From Candidatus Gastranaerophilales bacterium (GTDB taxonomy: Bacteria > Cyanobacteriota > Vampirovibrionia > Gastranaerophilales > Gastranaerophilaceae), in NCBI GenBank assembly GCA_944322875.1, contig CALUQI010000001.1:3467-67466 (forward strand): a DNA stretch of 64,000 bases. The letters run 5' to 3'. The position numbers and the translations under genes were made by a program. The notes beneath the pieces were generated by a model, which did not search any database, was not told the DNA's origin, and saw only the letters and a program-made list of their open reading frames with translations. This document shows positions 37,830-48,734 of this stretch, one piece after another (the stretch's first letter is position 1; each line of letters begins with the position of its first letter).

Positions 37830-38321
37830 TTATTCAAAGGAAAACATTACCTGAATCTCTTTTTCGCTCAGACCTGTTCCTTCTGCCAAATCATTCACGA
37901 ATATGTCTATATAGTAAGTTCCGTCATCGTGCTGAGGTGCATCATATAAATCAAAATTACCTCCGCCTCGTTGGGTTTTGTTACACAATAAACTTCCGGG
38001 CGGTAAGTTTAATTGCAGTATCCCTTTTACATCACCTAAGCTTATTTTTTCATTTGGATCTGCATAATTTTCTATCCTTATATAATCACCTGTTTTATGG
38101 TCTATCATATAATTTAGTACAGTTTCTATGATACCCGGATTGTGATATGTTGCGTTTCCTTTGGCGATTTGTTCTTTTAAGCTCTCTACTGCTCGTTCTT
38201 GAGCAGGTGTTAGTCCTTTTTTTGTGAAAATTACTATCCCTTTGTTGCTTTCTTTTTGTTTTGTATTGTTTACGTTTACTGGTGTTTGTACTTTTGTTGT
38301 TCCGTTAATACCTTCTACCAT
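37830..38321 (-). CDS. Hypothetical protein
   Basis: 163-aa ORF. No signal peptide or recognisable motif. Asn/Thr-rich N-terminus (MVEGINGTTKVQTPVNVNN). Confidence 0.45.
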   Translation of the reverse strand: MVEGINGTTKVQTPVNVNNTKQKESNKGIVIFTKKGLTPAQERAVESLKEQIAKGNATYHNPGIIETVLNYMIDHKTGDYIRIENYADPNEKISLGDVKGILQLNLPPGSLLCNKTQRGGGNFDLYDAPQHDDGTYYIDIFVNDLAEGTGLSEKEIQVMFSFE

Positions 38322-38411
38322 AATTTTTCTCCTGAAATTTTATATAACAATTTCTTTTACGAGAGTTTTTGTAGAAAACTTTAATTGGTTTAAGAAAAAA
38401 TTAACATAACT

Positions 38412-39035
38412 TCATATTGTTTCAAGTAGATTTAATATTTTAAAAACAGGTGGAATTAAATCTTTCATGCAACAGTTTTCGTCTAGTTCAAGCGTTATTG
38501 TAGGGATATTTCTTTCAATTCCACAGTACGTACCAAAGCTTCCGGGAGTTGGATATCCGATATTTTTTTCTGTGGGGTAATTTATTATTTTAGAAATTTT
38601 TTCAGCAATTTTTTCTGCCGGACCATCGTAATTTACTACTTTGTATGGTGCGTGAAATGTTAATATTATTTGGGGATTATATTCATTAATTATTTCTATT
38701 ATAAATTGTGTTTCTGATTCGGATGCCGGTGTTTTCCCTCCGTAAAATTCACCGTTAGATTGATTACTCCAATTAGCTGTCGGAAAATTTCGATTTATAT
38801 CTACTCCGGATAAGTTTGTCCTGGTCCCTCTCGCCATTCCATCAGGATTTAAACAATTTATGAATAGTAGATTAGTCTCAGGATTTGATTTTAGATATTC
38901 ATTGATTAAAAAATTACCTTGCGGTTCATCACCGTGAAAAACCCCGATTACAAGTATATCTTTGTGAGGGTTATTCCCCAAAAGCTTGATTTCGTTACCG
39001 GCCTGAGTTTTTACTGTTTTCATTATGGTTACCAT
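38412..39035 (-). CDS. M14-family zinc carboxypeptidase, murein peptide amidase A-like
   Basis: 207 aa. Zinc motif HGDEPQG, plus DINRNFP and TFHAP. No signal peptide. Confidence 0.7.
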   Translation of the reverse strand: MVTIMKTVKTQAGNEIKLLGNNPHKDILVIGVFHGDEPQGNFLINEYLKSNPETNLLFINCLNPDGMARGTRTNLSGVDINRNFPTANWSNQSNGEFYGGKTPASESETQFIIEIINEYNPQIILTFHAPYKVVNYDGPAEKIAEKISKIINYPTEKNIGYPTPGSFGTYCGIERNIPTITLELDENCCMKDLIPPVFKILNLLETI

Positions 39036-39187
39036 ATGTTGAGTATATGATAAAAATAGGAAATTTCATATTGAAATTTTTCTAGATATATTAACTTTTG
39101 TAACATTATTAGTACAAATTAATTAATTTATTAAAGAAAATCAAAAAAATGTCGATAAATAAAATGTGAGTAAATATAAGGAGTCAT

Positions 39188-39583
39188 GTGATGGCAGTAG
39201 AATTTAACGGAAAAAGGAACGTAAACAATTTTAAAATCGGAAACGAAGTGCCGAGCAAAAAAGATGTTCAAAATGAAGAAAAAGTCCAAGAACAGAAGCA
39301 AACATTTGATAATAAATTTGTAAAAGATTTAGGTGAAGAATTACTTACATCAACAGCTGCAAGCGCATACGGAATTAATTTTACAAAACCTGCCGGTACA
39401 AAAATAGATAAAGCTTTTTGGGGCGATGCATTAAGAGGTTTGAATGTAAAAGATACTGCTGTATCAGCTGATACAGTGTCTGGTATTGCTGATATAGACA
39501 ATACTTTTGCTATTATTGATATGGAGAATAAAATGGCTTCATCACCTTTTATGAAAGCTCTTAATGAAGAATTTGGAATTTGA
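39188..39583 (+). CDS. Hypothetical protein
   Basis: 131-aa ORF (GTG 39188 or ATG 39191) with AAGGAG upstream. Asn-rich N-terminus. No recognisable motif. Confidence 0.45.
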   Translation: MMAVEFNGKRNVNNFKIGNEVPSKKDVQNEEKVQEQKQTFDNKFVKDLGEELLTSTAASAYGINFTKPAGTKIDKAFWGDALRGLNVKDTAVSADTVSGIADIDNTFAIIDMENKMASSPFMKALNEEFGI

Positions 39584-39647
39584 TAAGACTTATTCACATT
39601 TACTCAGTGCCTGAAATTTAATTGAGGGCAATTACTCACAAAAAATT

Positions 39648-39673
39648 AAAGACTGGCATCTGCCAGTCTTTTT
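39648..39673. terminator. Bidirectional rho-independent terminator (131-aa ORF / rpoD)
   Basis: AAAGACTGGCA-tc-TGCCAGTCTTT followed by TT. Confidence 0.75.
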
Positions 39674-39674
39674 A

Positions 39675-40781
39675 TTATGATTCCACATATTCTCTTAATC
39701 GTTTTGATCTGTTGGGGTGACGAAGTTTTCTTAATGCTTTTGCTTCTATTTGTCTTATACGTTCTCTTGTAACACCAAAAAGTTGTCCAACTTCTTCCAA
39801 TGTTCTTTGACGTCCGTCATCCATACCAAAACGTAATCTTAAAACGTCACGTTCTCTTGGAGAAAGTGTACATAATACTTCTGCCAAATCTTCTCTTAAA
39901 AGTTCTGAGGCAACCGTTTTAATCGGAGCATCAGCTTCCTTATCTTCAATGAAATCACCTAATCTGGAATCTTCTTCTTTACCGATAGGAGTTTCTAAAG
40001 ATAGAGGTTCTTGGGCTATTTTAATGATTTCACGAAGTTTAGGAATAGAAACATTCATCTCTATTGCCAGTTCGTCCTCAGTCGGTTTTCTTGAAAGTTC
40101 TTGAGCGAGACGACGTGTAACTTTCTTTAGTTTATTAATTGTTTCGACCATGTGAACAGGGATACGAATAGTTCTTGCCTGATCTGCTATTGCACGTGTT
40201 ATCGCCTGTCTTATCCACCATGTTGCGTATGTGGAAAATTTGAAACCGCGTTCGTGATCAAATTTTTCTGCCGCACGTATTAAACCAAGATTACCTTCTT
40301 GAATAAGATCCAAAAATAACATCCCTCGTCCAACGTACTTTTTAGCAATACTTACAACCAAACGAAGGTTCGCCTGAACAAGTTTTCGCTTTGCTATTGC
40401 ACCAGGCGTGCCGCCTTGCAATATCTTTCTTGCCAACTCTATCTCTTCTTTTGCTGAAAGTAGTTTTATCCTTCCTATTTCTCTTAAATATAGACGTACG
40501 GGATCATCTACGGCTATCCCTTTAGGTAATTCAAAATCTGATTCATCTTGTTCACTTTCATCATTGCCGGACATCATGTATATGTCATCCATATTCATTT
40601 TGTTACCTATTTTTGATGTAACAATATCCTCAATGTTATCAGTGCTTATATCCATGTTCATGTAATTTGCACTGTCGCTTTCGGATCCTAAAACAGATTC
40701 CTCGTCTATATCGTGTAAATCCAATGTTTCATCTTCCATTATACTTACAACTGAGGAATTAGGTTGTCTTTTTTTACTCAT
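39675..40781 (-). CDS. rpoD: Primary RNA polymerase sigma factor
   Basis: 368 aa. Regions 1.2 to 4.2 are all recognisable ([67 protein letters not shown]). Confidence 0.95.
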   Translation of the reverse strand: MSKKRQPNSSVVSIMEDETLDLHDIDEESVLGSESDSANYMNMDISTDNIEDIVTSKIGNKMNMDDIYMMSGNDESEQDESDFELPKGIAVDDPVRLYLREIGRIKLLSAKEEIELARKILQGGTPGAIAKRKLVQANLRLVVSIAKKYVGRGMLFLDLIQEGNLGLIRAAEKFDHERGFKFSTYATWWIRQAITRAIADQARTIRIPVHMVETINKLKKVTRRLAQELSRKPTEDELAIEMNVSIPKLREIIKIAQEPLSLETPIGKEEDSRLGDFIEDKEADAPIKTVASELLREDLAEVLCTLSPRERDVLRLRFGMDDGRQRTLEEVGQLFGVTRERIRQIEAKALRKLRHPNRSKRLREYVES

Positions 40782-42648
40782 TAATTTTTCTCCGATTTTT
40801 GTTTATTTTATCTCTTAATTGCATTTGAATTTTTAGGGCTTCTGTATCATCATTATTAACATCTTTATATAAACTTCGTATCCGTTCTTGTTCTTTTTCA
40901 TTTTGACATTGTTTGATTTTATTTATGTTTTCCCTGATTACGTTCTCAAAGTCCTTTTTGTCTAAACCTCTGTAACTTTCAGAAATGTTTGTTAAATCAG
41001 TTATAACAGCCTGTAATTCAGGGTTTTGAATAAATTCCGTATATAAATGTTCTATCAATTCCTTTACATTATTTACGGTACATATTAATTTGTCAATTGT
41101 AGATTTTACAATTATTAACGTTTTGTCTTCAAATGCTGTATCGCCAATTATAGTCTCGATTTGATCAAAACTTAAAGGGCTTCCGTCTACTAGAAAAACA
41201 CTCAATAAATTTTTTTGCGCTTTTTGATATATTGAAATTTTTTTTGTTACATTCTTTACAAAATACTCATTTTGATTGTTGTCTGATGAGTAGGAATTTA
41301 TTTCGCGGATTAGAATCTTACTATCTATGTTCAGGGCTTGTGACACCATTTCAGTATATTCTGCTCGTATTATTTCGTTGCCAATCTCTTTTAGTATGGG
41401 GATTATTCTTTTTACAAATCTTGATTTTTCTATTGGGGTTTTATAATTATCCTTTTCCTTTAATATATTATTTAGTTGAAAATCTACAAGCAAAGGCGCG
41501 TGTTGTAAATATTGTTTATAACTCTCTGCTCCTACTGAACGTATGAATTCATCCGGATCTTTGCCTTCCGGAGGAGAAATTACTCTTATTTCACAAGCAT
41601 ATTTATCCTCTGAAGTTGAAATATAGCTTTCATCAAAAAGTTTTAAGTTCCCAACGCCTTCAAAAACTTCTTTGATAATTTCGGCACCACGCTCGGTCGC
41701 TTTTTGTCCGGCTGAGTCAGTATCAAATGATAAATATATCCTGCGTGATTTTGTATAACGTGAAAGTAACTTAACGTGATCTTGTGTTAATGAAGTTCCG
41801 CAAGCTGCAACACAATTTTCTATCCCGTGAGCTTGCGCCGATATTACGTCAAAATATCCTTCCATAAGGATTACGCTGTCCTGTGACTTTATGGATTCTT
41901 TTGCCGTGTAAAGCCCGTATAATAATTTACTTTTGTTATATATTATTGAATCTGATGAATTAAGATATTTAGGTGACTGACCTTCTTCTATTGCTCTTGC
42001 ACCAAAAGCTACATAATCGCCAAATTCATTTTGTATCGGTATTATAATACGGTTTCGAAAGCGATCTATGTATCGGTTGTCTTTCCCGGGGATTATTATA
42101 TTGGCTTTTTCTAAAATTTCATTTGAAAAATCCTTTTTTAATTCGTCATATAATGCTGTATAAGTCTTGGGTGCAAATCCAAGATGAAATTTTTTTATTA
42201 CGTCTTTTGTAATTCCTCGTGAAGCTAAATATTTTAAAACGTGTTCTGTATCAGGGCTTTTGAAGAGTTTGTTGCTGTAAAATTCGACTGCTTGGGTAAC
42301 TGCTTCAATCATTTTATCTTTCAAGTCTTTTGAAGTTTCTCCACGTTTTAAAGTTTTCGGCATTTCAAGTCCGAATTCTTGTGCTAAATCGTTTATTAGA
42401 TCCATAAATTCAACATTTTTGGTCTTCATTATGAAAGATAAAGCATCTCCGCCGGCTCCGCATCCAAAACATTTATATATTCCAAGCTGAGGATTAACCG
42501 AAAATGAAGGAGTTTTTTCCTTATGAAAAGGGCATAATCCCCAGTAATGATTACCCGATTTTTTCAGTACGATTTGTTCTGATACAACATCTACTATATC
42601 TAAACGGTCTTTTATTTGCGAGATTAATTCTTCCAGTGTATCTGCCAT
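40774..42648 (-). CDS. dnaG: DNA primase
   Basis: 624 aa. Zinc ribbon ([11 protein letters not shown]...CFGCG), TOPRIM (MEGYFDV...FDTDSAG). 8-nt overlap with rpoD, the classic dnaG-rpoD arrangement. Confidence 0.95.
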   Translation of the reverse strand: MADTLEELISQIKDRLDIVDVVSEQIVLKKSGNHYWGLCPFHKEKTPSFSVNPQLGIYKCFGCGAGGDALSFIMKTKNVEFMDLINDLAQEFGLEMPKTLKRGETSKDLKDKMIEAVTQAVEFYSNKLFKSPDTEHVLKYLASRGITKDVIKKFHLGFAPKTYTALYDELKKDFSNEILEKANIIIPGKDNRYIDRFRNRIIIPIQNEFGDYVAFGARAIEEGQSPKYLNSSDSIIYNKSKLLYGLYTAKESIKSQDSVILMEGYFDVISAQAHGIENCVAACGTSLTQDHVKLLSRYTKSRRIYLSFDTDSAGQKATERGAEIIKEVFEGVGNLKLFDESYISTSEDKYACEIRVISPPEGKDPDEFIRSVGAESYKQYLQHAPLLVDFQLNNILKEKDNYKTPIEKSRFVKRIIPILKEIGNEIIRAEYTEMVSQALNIDSKILIREINSYSSDNNQNEYFVKNVTKKISIYQKAQKNLLSVFLVDGSPLSFDQIETIIGDTAFEDKTLIIVKSTIDKLICTVNNVKELIEHLYTEFIQNPELQAVITDLTNISESYRGLDKKDFENVIRENINKIKQCQNEKEQERIRSLYKDVNNDDTEALKIQMQLRDKINKNRRKINE

Positions 42649-42755
42649 AACTATATTTTATCATTAATATTTTTTTTAGTAAAATTATACCTGAATGGGT
42701 AATATTCATATCTTAAAAAAATTTGTAAAATTTAATTGTTGAAGTTACAAATCCG

Positions 42756-43472
42756 GTGATAATGAATAATCCGATAAAAGATCAAACAAAACCTCCTGAT
42801 AAGGAATTGCTGCTTGCAATGGTTACTCACGACCTGAAAAATCCGGTCAGCTCAGGAATCTTGGCAGTAAAACTGCTACAAGATAAAAGATTTTCACCCC
42901 TTAATTCTTACCAAAAAGAAATTATTGACAATGTTATGGTTTCTCTTAATTACATGCAAAACTTGATTGAAAATATCCTTGACAGATATAAAGTTAACAA
43001 TCAAGTTTATTCTATTTCAAAGAGAGAAATAGATTTTGTATATTTTGTTACCTCGGTAATTGAAGAAGCAAAATATATATTCTCAGATAAGAATCAAAAA
43101 GTTAAAATTTTTTCAAAGATAAAAACAGGTTTGATTAATCTCGACATACTTGAAATTAAGAGAGTTATAAACAATTTAATAAGTAATTCCTCAAAATATT
43201 CGCCTGAAAATTCTCAAATAATAATAAGATTGTTTGAACAAGGTGATTGTTTAGGATTTTCTATTGAAAATGCGGGGTGTAACTTTGATATAAAGGATTC
43301 TGAAAAGATTTTTGAAAAATTTGTCTCATTAGATAAAAATAATAAATCGGTTGCTTCTGGCTTGGGGCTTTTTATTGTTAGGAAAATTATAGAAAAACAC
43401 GGTGGACAAATTTACGTTGAATCTGAAATAGGTAAGTTTACCAGATTTGTTTTTATACTTCCAAGAAAATAA
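42756..43472 (+). CDS. Soluble histidine kinase core (HisKA + HATPase only)
   Basis: 238 aa. H-box THDLKNPV, N-box NNLISNSSKYS, G2 box GLGLFIVRKIIEKHGG. No TM segment or sensor domain. Confidence 0.75.
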   Translation: MIMNNPIKDQTKPPDKELLLAMVTHDLKNPVSSGILAVKLLQDKRFSPLNSYQKEIIDNVMVSLNYMQNLIENILDRYKVNNQVYSISKREIDFVYFVTSVIEEAKYIFSDKNQKVKIFSKIKTGLINLDILEIKRVINNLISNSSKYSPENSQIIIRLFEQGDCLGFSIENAGCNFDIKDSEKIFEKFVSLDKNNKSVASGLGLFIVRKIIEKHGGQIYVESEIGKFTRFVFILPRK

Positions 43473-43520
43473 TTCATTTACAGCATTAAAACTTTATATA
43501 AAAGTTTTATAATTTGAATT

Positions 43521-44375
43521 ATGAATGTGCAACTTTTGTCTGAATATCTTGAATATCTTGAAATAGAAAAGGGTCTTAGTGAAAATACCATAATTGCATA
43601 TAGACAAGACTTAAATGATTTTTTGGCAAATTGTAATATCGAAATTTCAAATATTAGGCGCAATCATATTACAACATTCATAAGACAGCTCCACGAAAAT
43701 AATTATACCCCTTCAAGCATTATGAGAAAAATAGCTTCTATTCGAGGTTTCTTTAAATGGTTGTGTTTAAACGGATACTGTATTTCTGATCCAACTTTAA
43801 CTTTAGAACAACCTAAGGCTCCTAAAAAATTGCCTAAAGTTATGACTTTGCAGGAAATAGAGTCTATTTTACACCAAGATCTTTCCAAGTTGGGAAAGGT
43901 TATTATTGAACTTTTATATGGTTGTGGGTTAAGAGTTTCTGAGCTAGTCAGCATGAATATTAATAATTTTGATTTGAATGGTAAATACGTTCAATGCTTT
44001 GGAAAAGGGTCAAAAGAAAGGGTTGTTCCAATGGGTTCCAAAGCTGTAAATGCTATTAAAAACTATTTGCCGGAAAGAAATTTCTTGGTTCAAAAATTTA
44101 AACTCGACACAAAGAAACTTTTGATAAATTCAAACGGCAGAGAAATTACTCGACAGGATGTTTATAATTTTATTCACGAACAAGGTAAAAAAATTCATAA
44201 AAAAATATCTCCGCATACTTTACGTCATAGTTTTGCCACTCATTTATTGGAAAATGGTGCAGATTTGAGAGTTGTACAAGAGCTTTTAGGGCACAGCAAT
44301 GTTTCTACAACACAGTTGTATACACATATAAGCAAAAAAAGATTGAAAGAAGTTTATTTCGCTATTAATAAATAA
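43521..44375 (+). CDS. xerD: Tyrosine recombinase XerC/XerD family
   Basis: 284 aa. N-terminal SAM-like domain (GLSENTIIAYRQDL). Catalytic residues in CGLRVSEL, HTLRHSFATHLL, GHSNVSTTQLYTH. Confidence 0.8.
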   Translation: MNVQLLSEYLEYLEIEKGLSENTIIAYRQDLNDFLANCNIEISNIRRNHITTFIRQLHENNYTPSSIMRKIASIRGFFKWLCLNGYCISDPTLTLEQPKAPKKLPKVMTLQEIESILHQDLSKLGKVIIELLYGCGLRVSELVSMNINNFDLNGKYVQCFGKGSKERVVPMGSKAVNAIKNYLPERNFLVQKFKLDTKKLLINSNGREITRQDVYNFIHEQGKKIHKKISPHTLRHSFATHLLENGADLRVVQELLGHSNVSTTQLYTHISKKRLKEVYFAINK

Positions 44376-44447
44376 TTTAACTGTTTAAAATTATCTTTGT
44401 CCGAAATTAATTTATACAAACAAGTTTTTTGATGTTATAACTATGTT

Positions 44448-45281
44448 ATGAATATTCAAAATATTGTAAAAATATTAACAGATGCCGGTATTGAACCCAA
44501 CGAAGCCAATATTGAGGTGAAAATGCTGTTAGAACATTTCACGGGTTTTGGAGTGAAGAATTTTTTGCTCGGATCAAAACTTGATGATGAAAAACTTGAA
44601 ATTGTTAGAGAAAAAGCAGAGTTACGTGCTAAAACACGACAACCTATTCAACATATTATTGGTTTGGCTGATTTTATGGGAGAAAAATTTATTGTTAATA
44701 AAAATGTTCTTATCCCACGTGATGAAACTGAAATACTGGTTCGAAAAGCAATAGAAATTACTAATAAAAATCATTTTGAAGTTGCATTAGATATTGGAAC
44801 CGGTTCGGGATGCATTGCTTGTATGCTTGCAAAATATACAGATTGTCAGGTAATAGGGACTGATGTTTCCAGTGAAGCTTTAAATGTTGCACTTGACAAT
44901 GCTTCGCGTTTAAACTTGTTTAACAAAGCTATTTTTAGAAAATCTGATGTGTTTTCCAATGTGAGACCGAATGAAATTTTCGATATTATTATATCAAATC
45001 CACCATATATTCCGTTATCTGAAAAAAATAATCTTCAGAAAGAGGTTAAATTTGACCCTGAAGAGGCACTTTTCACCTCTGATGAAAAAGGATTGGAATT
45101 CTATAAGAAGATTTCTGCCGGTGCTACTGATTTTTTGCGAAAGGGTGGGTATATTTTATTTGAATTGGGTCAGGGGCAATCTCAAGATGTTGCTAAGATT
45201 CTTGAAATGCAAGGCTTTTATGATATAGAAATCGATAAAGATTTGGCCGGAATTGACAGAATTATATGGGCAAAAATTTAG
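44448..45281 (+). CDS. prmC: Release factor glutamine N5-methyltransferase
   Basis: 277 aa. Motifs PIQHIIG, LIPRDETE, DIGTGSGCIA, NPPY. Confidence 0.85.
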   Translation: MNIQNIVKILTDAGIEPNEANIEVKMLLEHFTGFGVKNFLLGSKLDDEKLEIVREKAELRAKTRQPIQHIIGLADFMGEKFIVNKNVLIPRDETEILVRKAIEITNKNHFEVALDIGTGSGCIACMLAKYTDCQVIGTDVSSEALNVALDNASRLNLFNKAIFRKSDVFSNVRPNEIFDIIISNPPYIPLSEKNNLQKEVKFDPEEALFTSDEKGLEFYKKISAGATDFLRKGGYILFELGQGQSQDVAKILEMQGFYDIEIDKDLAGIDRIIWAKI

Positions 45282-46057
45282 ACGCAATTTTTATAGTAAA
45301 TTATAGAAGGGGTCTCTTTAGGGATTTCAAATCCTAAAATATTTCTTTGGGTTATATGACTTTCTGCTATAATTCTGCCGTTGTGTTTTTCTATTACCTT
45401 CTTTGCCAGATAAAGACCAATTCCGATACCTATTTTGTTGTATTTTTCCGTTCTATATGTCAAAAATTTAAAAAGTTTTTCCATTTTTTCCGGATTGATA
45501 TATACACTGTGACTTTCAAATTTTACGGAAATATTCTCTTTATCTTGTTCTATGTGTATTTTTATAATGGAATTTTTGAATGCCATATTTAAAGAATTCA
45601 ACAGTAATGTTTGAATTACTTTCGTTATTCTGGTTAAATCGCCTGAAACTATTGGGTTTTTAATCCTGGGGTTTATAATAATTTTTATATTATTTTCATT
45701 CACAAAATTGTTAATTTTTTTGATGGTTTCTTCTATTACCTGCATTATATTGAATTCTGAATAATGAAGCTGGGGCTCTTCAAGATCGACTTTATATGTT
45801 GAAATTAAAGTAGATATCATTGAATACATATAATTGCAAGAATCTAATGTCAAATTAAGCATTTCAGACTGCTCATTGCTAAGGTCGCCAAATCCCCCAT
45901 TAATTATCATTTCTAAAGCTCGCATTTGAGCAATTATTGGCGTTTTTAGATCATGGGTTAGTATTTCTAAAAAACTTTTTTTAAGATTATATAAATCTTC
46001 GCTATCTGCTATTTCGTTGCAAAAATTTGCACAATTAATTTGTGTATCTTTATACAT
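45278..46057 (-). CDS. Soluble histidine kinase core (paralogue of 42756..43472)
   Basis: 259 aa. H-box THDLKTPI, N-box LLNSLNMAFKNS, G2 box GIGLYLAKKVIEKHNG. No TM segment or sensor domain. Confidence 0.7.
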   Translation of the reverse strand: MYKDTQINCANFCNEIADSEDLYNLKKSFLEILTHDLKTPIIAQMRALEMIINGGFGDLSNEQSEMLNLTLDSCNYMYSMISTLISTYKVDLEEPQLHYSEFNIMQVIEETIKKINNFVNENNIKIIINPRIKNPIVSGDLTRITKVIQTLLLNSLNMAFKNSIIKIHIEQDKENISVKFESHSVYINPEKMEKLFKFLTYRTEKYNKIGIGIGLYLAKKVIEKHNGRIIAESHITQRNILGFEIPKETPSIIYYKNCV

Positions 46058-46175
46058 AAATCCACCTTTCTGAAAGTATAAACATTTTATCCCGCTACAG
46101 GTTAAAACTAAATTGCCCGGTTGGATATAAATATTTTACCGATGTATAAATTTTTTTTGGTATATTATTATAATA

Positions 46176-46706
46176 ATGAAAATATTTTATATTGATAAGG
46201 ATAAAAATGTTTTAGATAAAGATTTTTTGCTGAGTTTTGGTGATAAAAAATTTTTGTCTGAAGAAAAAGAAATCCAACATTGTTTGGGCAGATATTTAGT
46301 TAAAACTGTTGCAAATAATTTTTTTAAGTTGGACAATTCGGATATTGTGCTGGTTAATAAAAAACCACGTTTTAAGAGTAATGATATTCATTTTAGTATT
46401 TCACATTCGCAAAATATCATTATTGCGGCCTTTGATAAAAATCCTGTTGGGGTTGATATTGAATTTATGAAAGATCGTAATTTTAAAGAACTTTTTAAAA
46501 GATATAATTATAAAAGTAATAATATTTCAAAAGAATTATTTTATTCCTTTTGGACAGAATACGAAGCTGCGATTAAGCTTCAAGGTGCTTACAAAACAAA
46601 GATTACTGTTCCGTTTGCTGAAAATTTTATGCTTACTGTTTTGGGTAATTTCAATTCTGATTATCAAATGTTTGAACTTGTTGACAATCAATTTAGCTGT
46701 GTCTAA
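46176..46706 (+). CDS. 4'-phosphopantetheinyl transferase (Sfp-type)
   Basis: 176 aa. FSISHSQNIIIAAF...VGVDIE and FWTEYEAAIK match the PPTase signatures (SxSHS..GxDxE, WxxKEAxxK). Confidence 0.6.
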   Translation: MKIFYIDKDKNVLDKDFLLSFGDKKFLSEEKEIQHCLGRYLVKTVANNFFKLDNSDIVLVNKKPRFKSNDIHFSISHSQNIIIAAFDKNPVGVDIEFMKDRNFKELFKRYNYKSNNISKELFYSFWTEYEAAIKLQGAYKTKITVPFAENFMLTVLGNFNSDYQMFELVDNQFSCV

Positions 46707-47499
46707 AATCTATCTTATAATTAAGTTTGTGCACCTTGCAATATTCCATTATTTCGTGTTTTAGTAAAAACCAGTACTGATTGTCTTTTTTTACGTATAT
46801 GTCATCATATTTTTCATCTAATTCCGGATGATGATTGTATATGTAATTTAAAACACTAATTTTGTACGGTTGGCGAAGATTAAGATTTTCAAACCAATAT
46901 TCGTTTACATAATCTTTTGTTGCTTCTATTATTTCTTTAAAATCCGTTATATAAGGAAATATCGGTGATATGCAAAGAATTGTATAAATCCCTTTGTCAT
47001 GAAGTTTTTTTAGTGCTTTTAATCTGTCTTTAACCGGAGTAGTATTCGGTTCCGTATTTTTTACAAATGTTTCGTCGAAAGAATTTACGGACATACAAAC
47101 TTTTGCTTGCATTTGTTTAATTATCTTTATATCCCTTAAAACTAAATCCGAACGTGTACATATTGTCAGATTGCAGCCTATTTCCCGTAATCTTTCAAGA
47201 ATTTGTTTTGTGTTTTCATATTCTTTTTCAACAGAATTGTATGGGTCTGTTATTGTGCTCATAAGCATATTCCGACCAACTACTGTTCTTTTGGTTCTTA
47301 CTATTCCATCCCAACGTTTTACATCTACAAAGTCTCCCCAATTTTGATTTTGATGCTTCGTGAAATTTTGAATGAAACAGGCATGGCAGTATATACATCC
47401 TCCGGAACATCCGACGTAAGGGTTTATTACATAGCTGTATCCTCGATAATATGTTTTCGAAAATATATTTTTTGTCTTTATTTCTTTAATTTTTACCAT
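46693..47499 (-). CDS. Radical SAM protein, SplB-like 'DNA repair photolyase' family (COG1533-like)
   Basis: 268 aa. INPYVGCSGGCIYCHACF provides the CxxxCxxC cluster in the context typical of that family. 14-nt convergent overlap with the PPTase gene. Confidence 0.65.
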   Translation of the reverse strand: MVKIKEIKTKNIFSKTYYRGYSYVINPYVGCSGGCIYCHACFIQNFTKHQNQNWGDFVDVKRWDGIVRTKRTVVGRNMLMSTITDPYNSVEKEYENTKQILERLREIGCNLTICTRSDLVLRDIKIIKQMQAKVCMSVNSFDETFVKNTEPNTTPVKDRLKALKKLHDKGIYTILCISPIFPYITDFKEIIEATKDYVNEYWFENLNLRQPYKISVLNYIYNHHPELDEKYDDIYVKKDNQYWFLLKHEIMEYCKVHKLNYKIDFRHS

Positions 47500-47637
47500 A
47501 TAACCTGCATTATAAGTTATGGTAAATATATTTGTCTATTACCCGTAATATTCATCATGGATTTAAATACTAAATTAATTAAAAATACTAATTATAGTGC
47601 ATAACAATATAACTATAAGTTATATATGATATTAAAA

Positions 47638-48621
47638 TTAATAGCCATACGGATGTTTTTTATGCCAATTCCAGGCGGAGCGAATTATATTTTCTAAATT
47701 ATCGAATTCAGGTTTCCAGCCCAATAATTCTTGAGCCTTTTTACTGGATGCAATTAATTTTGCAGGATCTCCTTCTCTTCTTTGACAAATAAGTTCAGGA
47801 ATAGGGTGTTCTGTTACTTTTCGAGCCGTTTCTATAACTTCTTTTACGCTGAACCCTTTACCGTTTCCAAGGTTAAATATATTACTGTTATTACCCTTTT
47901 GCAAATATTCTATGGCTAAAATGTGTGCTTTAGCCAGATCTGAAACGTGGATATAATCTCGTACACAGGTACCGTCAGGAGTATCATAATCATTACCAAA
48001 GATTTTTATGTTTGTTTTTTGTTTATTTGGTACCTGTAAAATTAGTGGAATAAGGTGTGTTTCTGGATTATGAGCTTCGCCTATTTTACCGTTTTCGTGT
48101 GCCCCACAGGCATTGAAATATCTTAGGGAAACAAATTTTATGTCTGAGGCATTACTTGTCCATTTGAACATTTTTTCCATAGCAAGTTTAGTTTCTCCGT
48201 ACGTATTTGTAGGTTCTGTCGGATCTGTTTCCAATATTGGGATATTTTGAGGTTCACCGTATACGGCAGCGGTTGAAGAAAAAACAATTTTATTTATATT
48301 ATTTTTTAACATTGATTTTAAAAGAACCATAGTTCCATAAAGGTTATTATCGTAATATTTCAAAGGGTTTGTCATGCTCTCTTTGACAAGAGAATTTGCA
48401 GCGAAATGTATTACTGCATCAGGATGCTCTTTTTGAAGTACTTTATCTAAAAATTCTTCATCACGAATGTCTCCTTTGTAAAATTTTGCATCAGGATGAA
48501 TTGCTTCTAGGTGGCCTGTTTGAAGGTTATCAATAATAGAAACATTTTCCCCTCTTTCAATAAGTTCATAGACCGTATGGGAGCCTATATATCCTGCACC
48601 GCCAAGGACTAATATTGTCAT
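47638..48621 (-). CDS. galE: UDP-glucose 4-epimerase
   Basis: 327 aa. GGAGYIGSH, catalytic YGETK, GalE-specific DGTCVRDYIHV. Confidence 0.9.
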   Translation of the reverse strand: MTILVLGGAGYIGSHTVYELIERGENVSIIDNLQTGHLEAIHPDAKFYKGDIRDEEFLDKVLQKEHPDAVIHFAANSLVKESMTNPLKYYDNNLYGTMVLLKSMLKNNINKIVFSSTAAVYGEPQNIPILETDPTEPTNTYGETKLAMEKMFKWTSNASDIKFVSLRYFNACGAHENGKIGEAHNPETHLIPLILQVPNKQKTNIKIFGNDYDTPDGTCVRDYIHVSDLAKAHILAIEYLQKGNNSNIFNLGNGKGFSVKEVIETARKVTEHPIPELICQRREGDPAKLIASSKKAQELLGWKPEFDNLENIIRSAWNWHKKHPYGY

Positions 48622-48734
48622 ATTCCACCTCTTTCAATTTTATTATACGATAAATATTTGTATTTAAAAATGTCCTTGAAAAACAAAAAAAATAAGTTAT
48701 AATATTATTGTAATATGTTTTTTGCGAGGATTTT

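Noticed and set aside
43521-44375. The tyrosine recombinase as an integrase marking a mobile element or island
   Set aside because: Its size and motifs fit the chromosomal XerC/XerD dimer resolvases. The flanking genes are housekeeping. I saw no flanking direct repeats, adjacent tRNA or phage/transposon genes.
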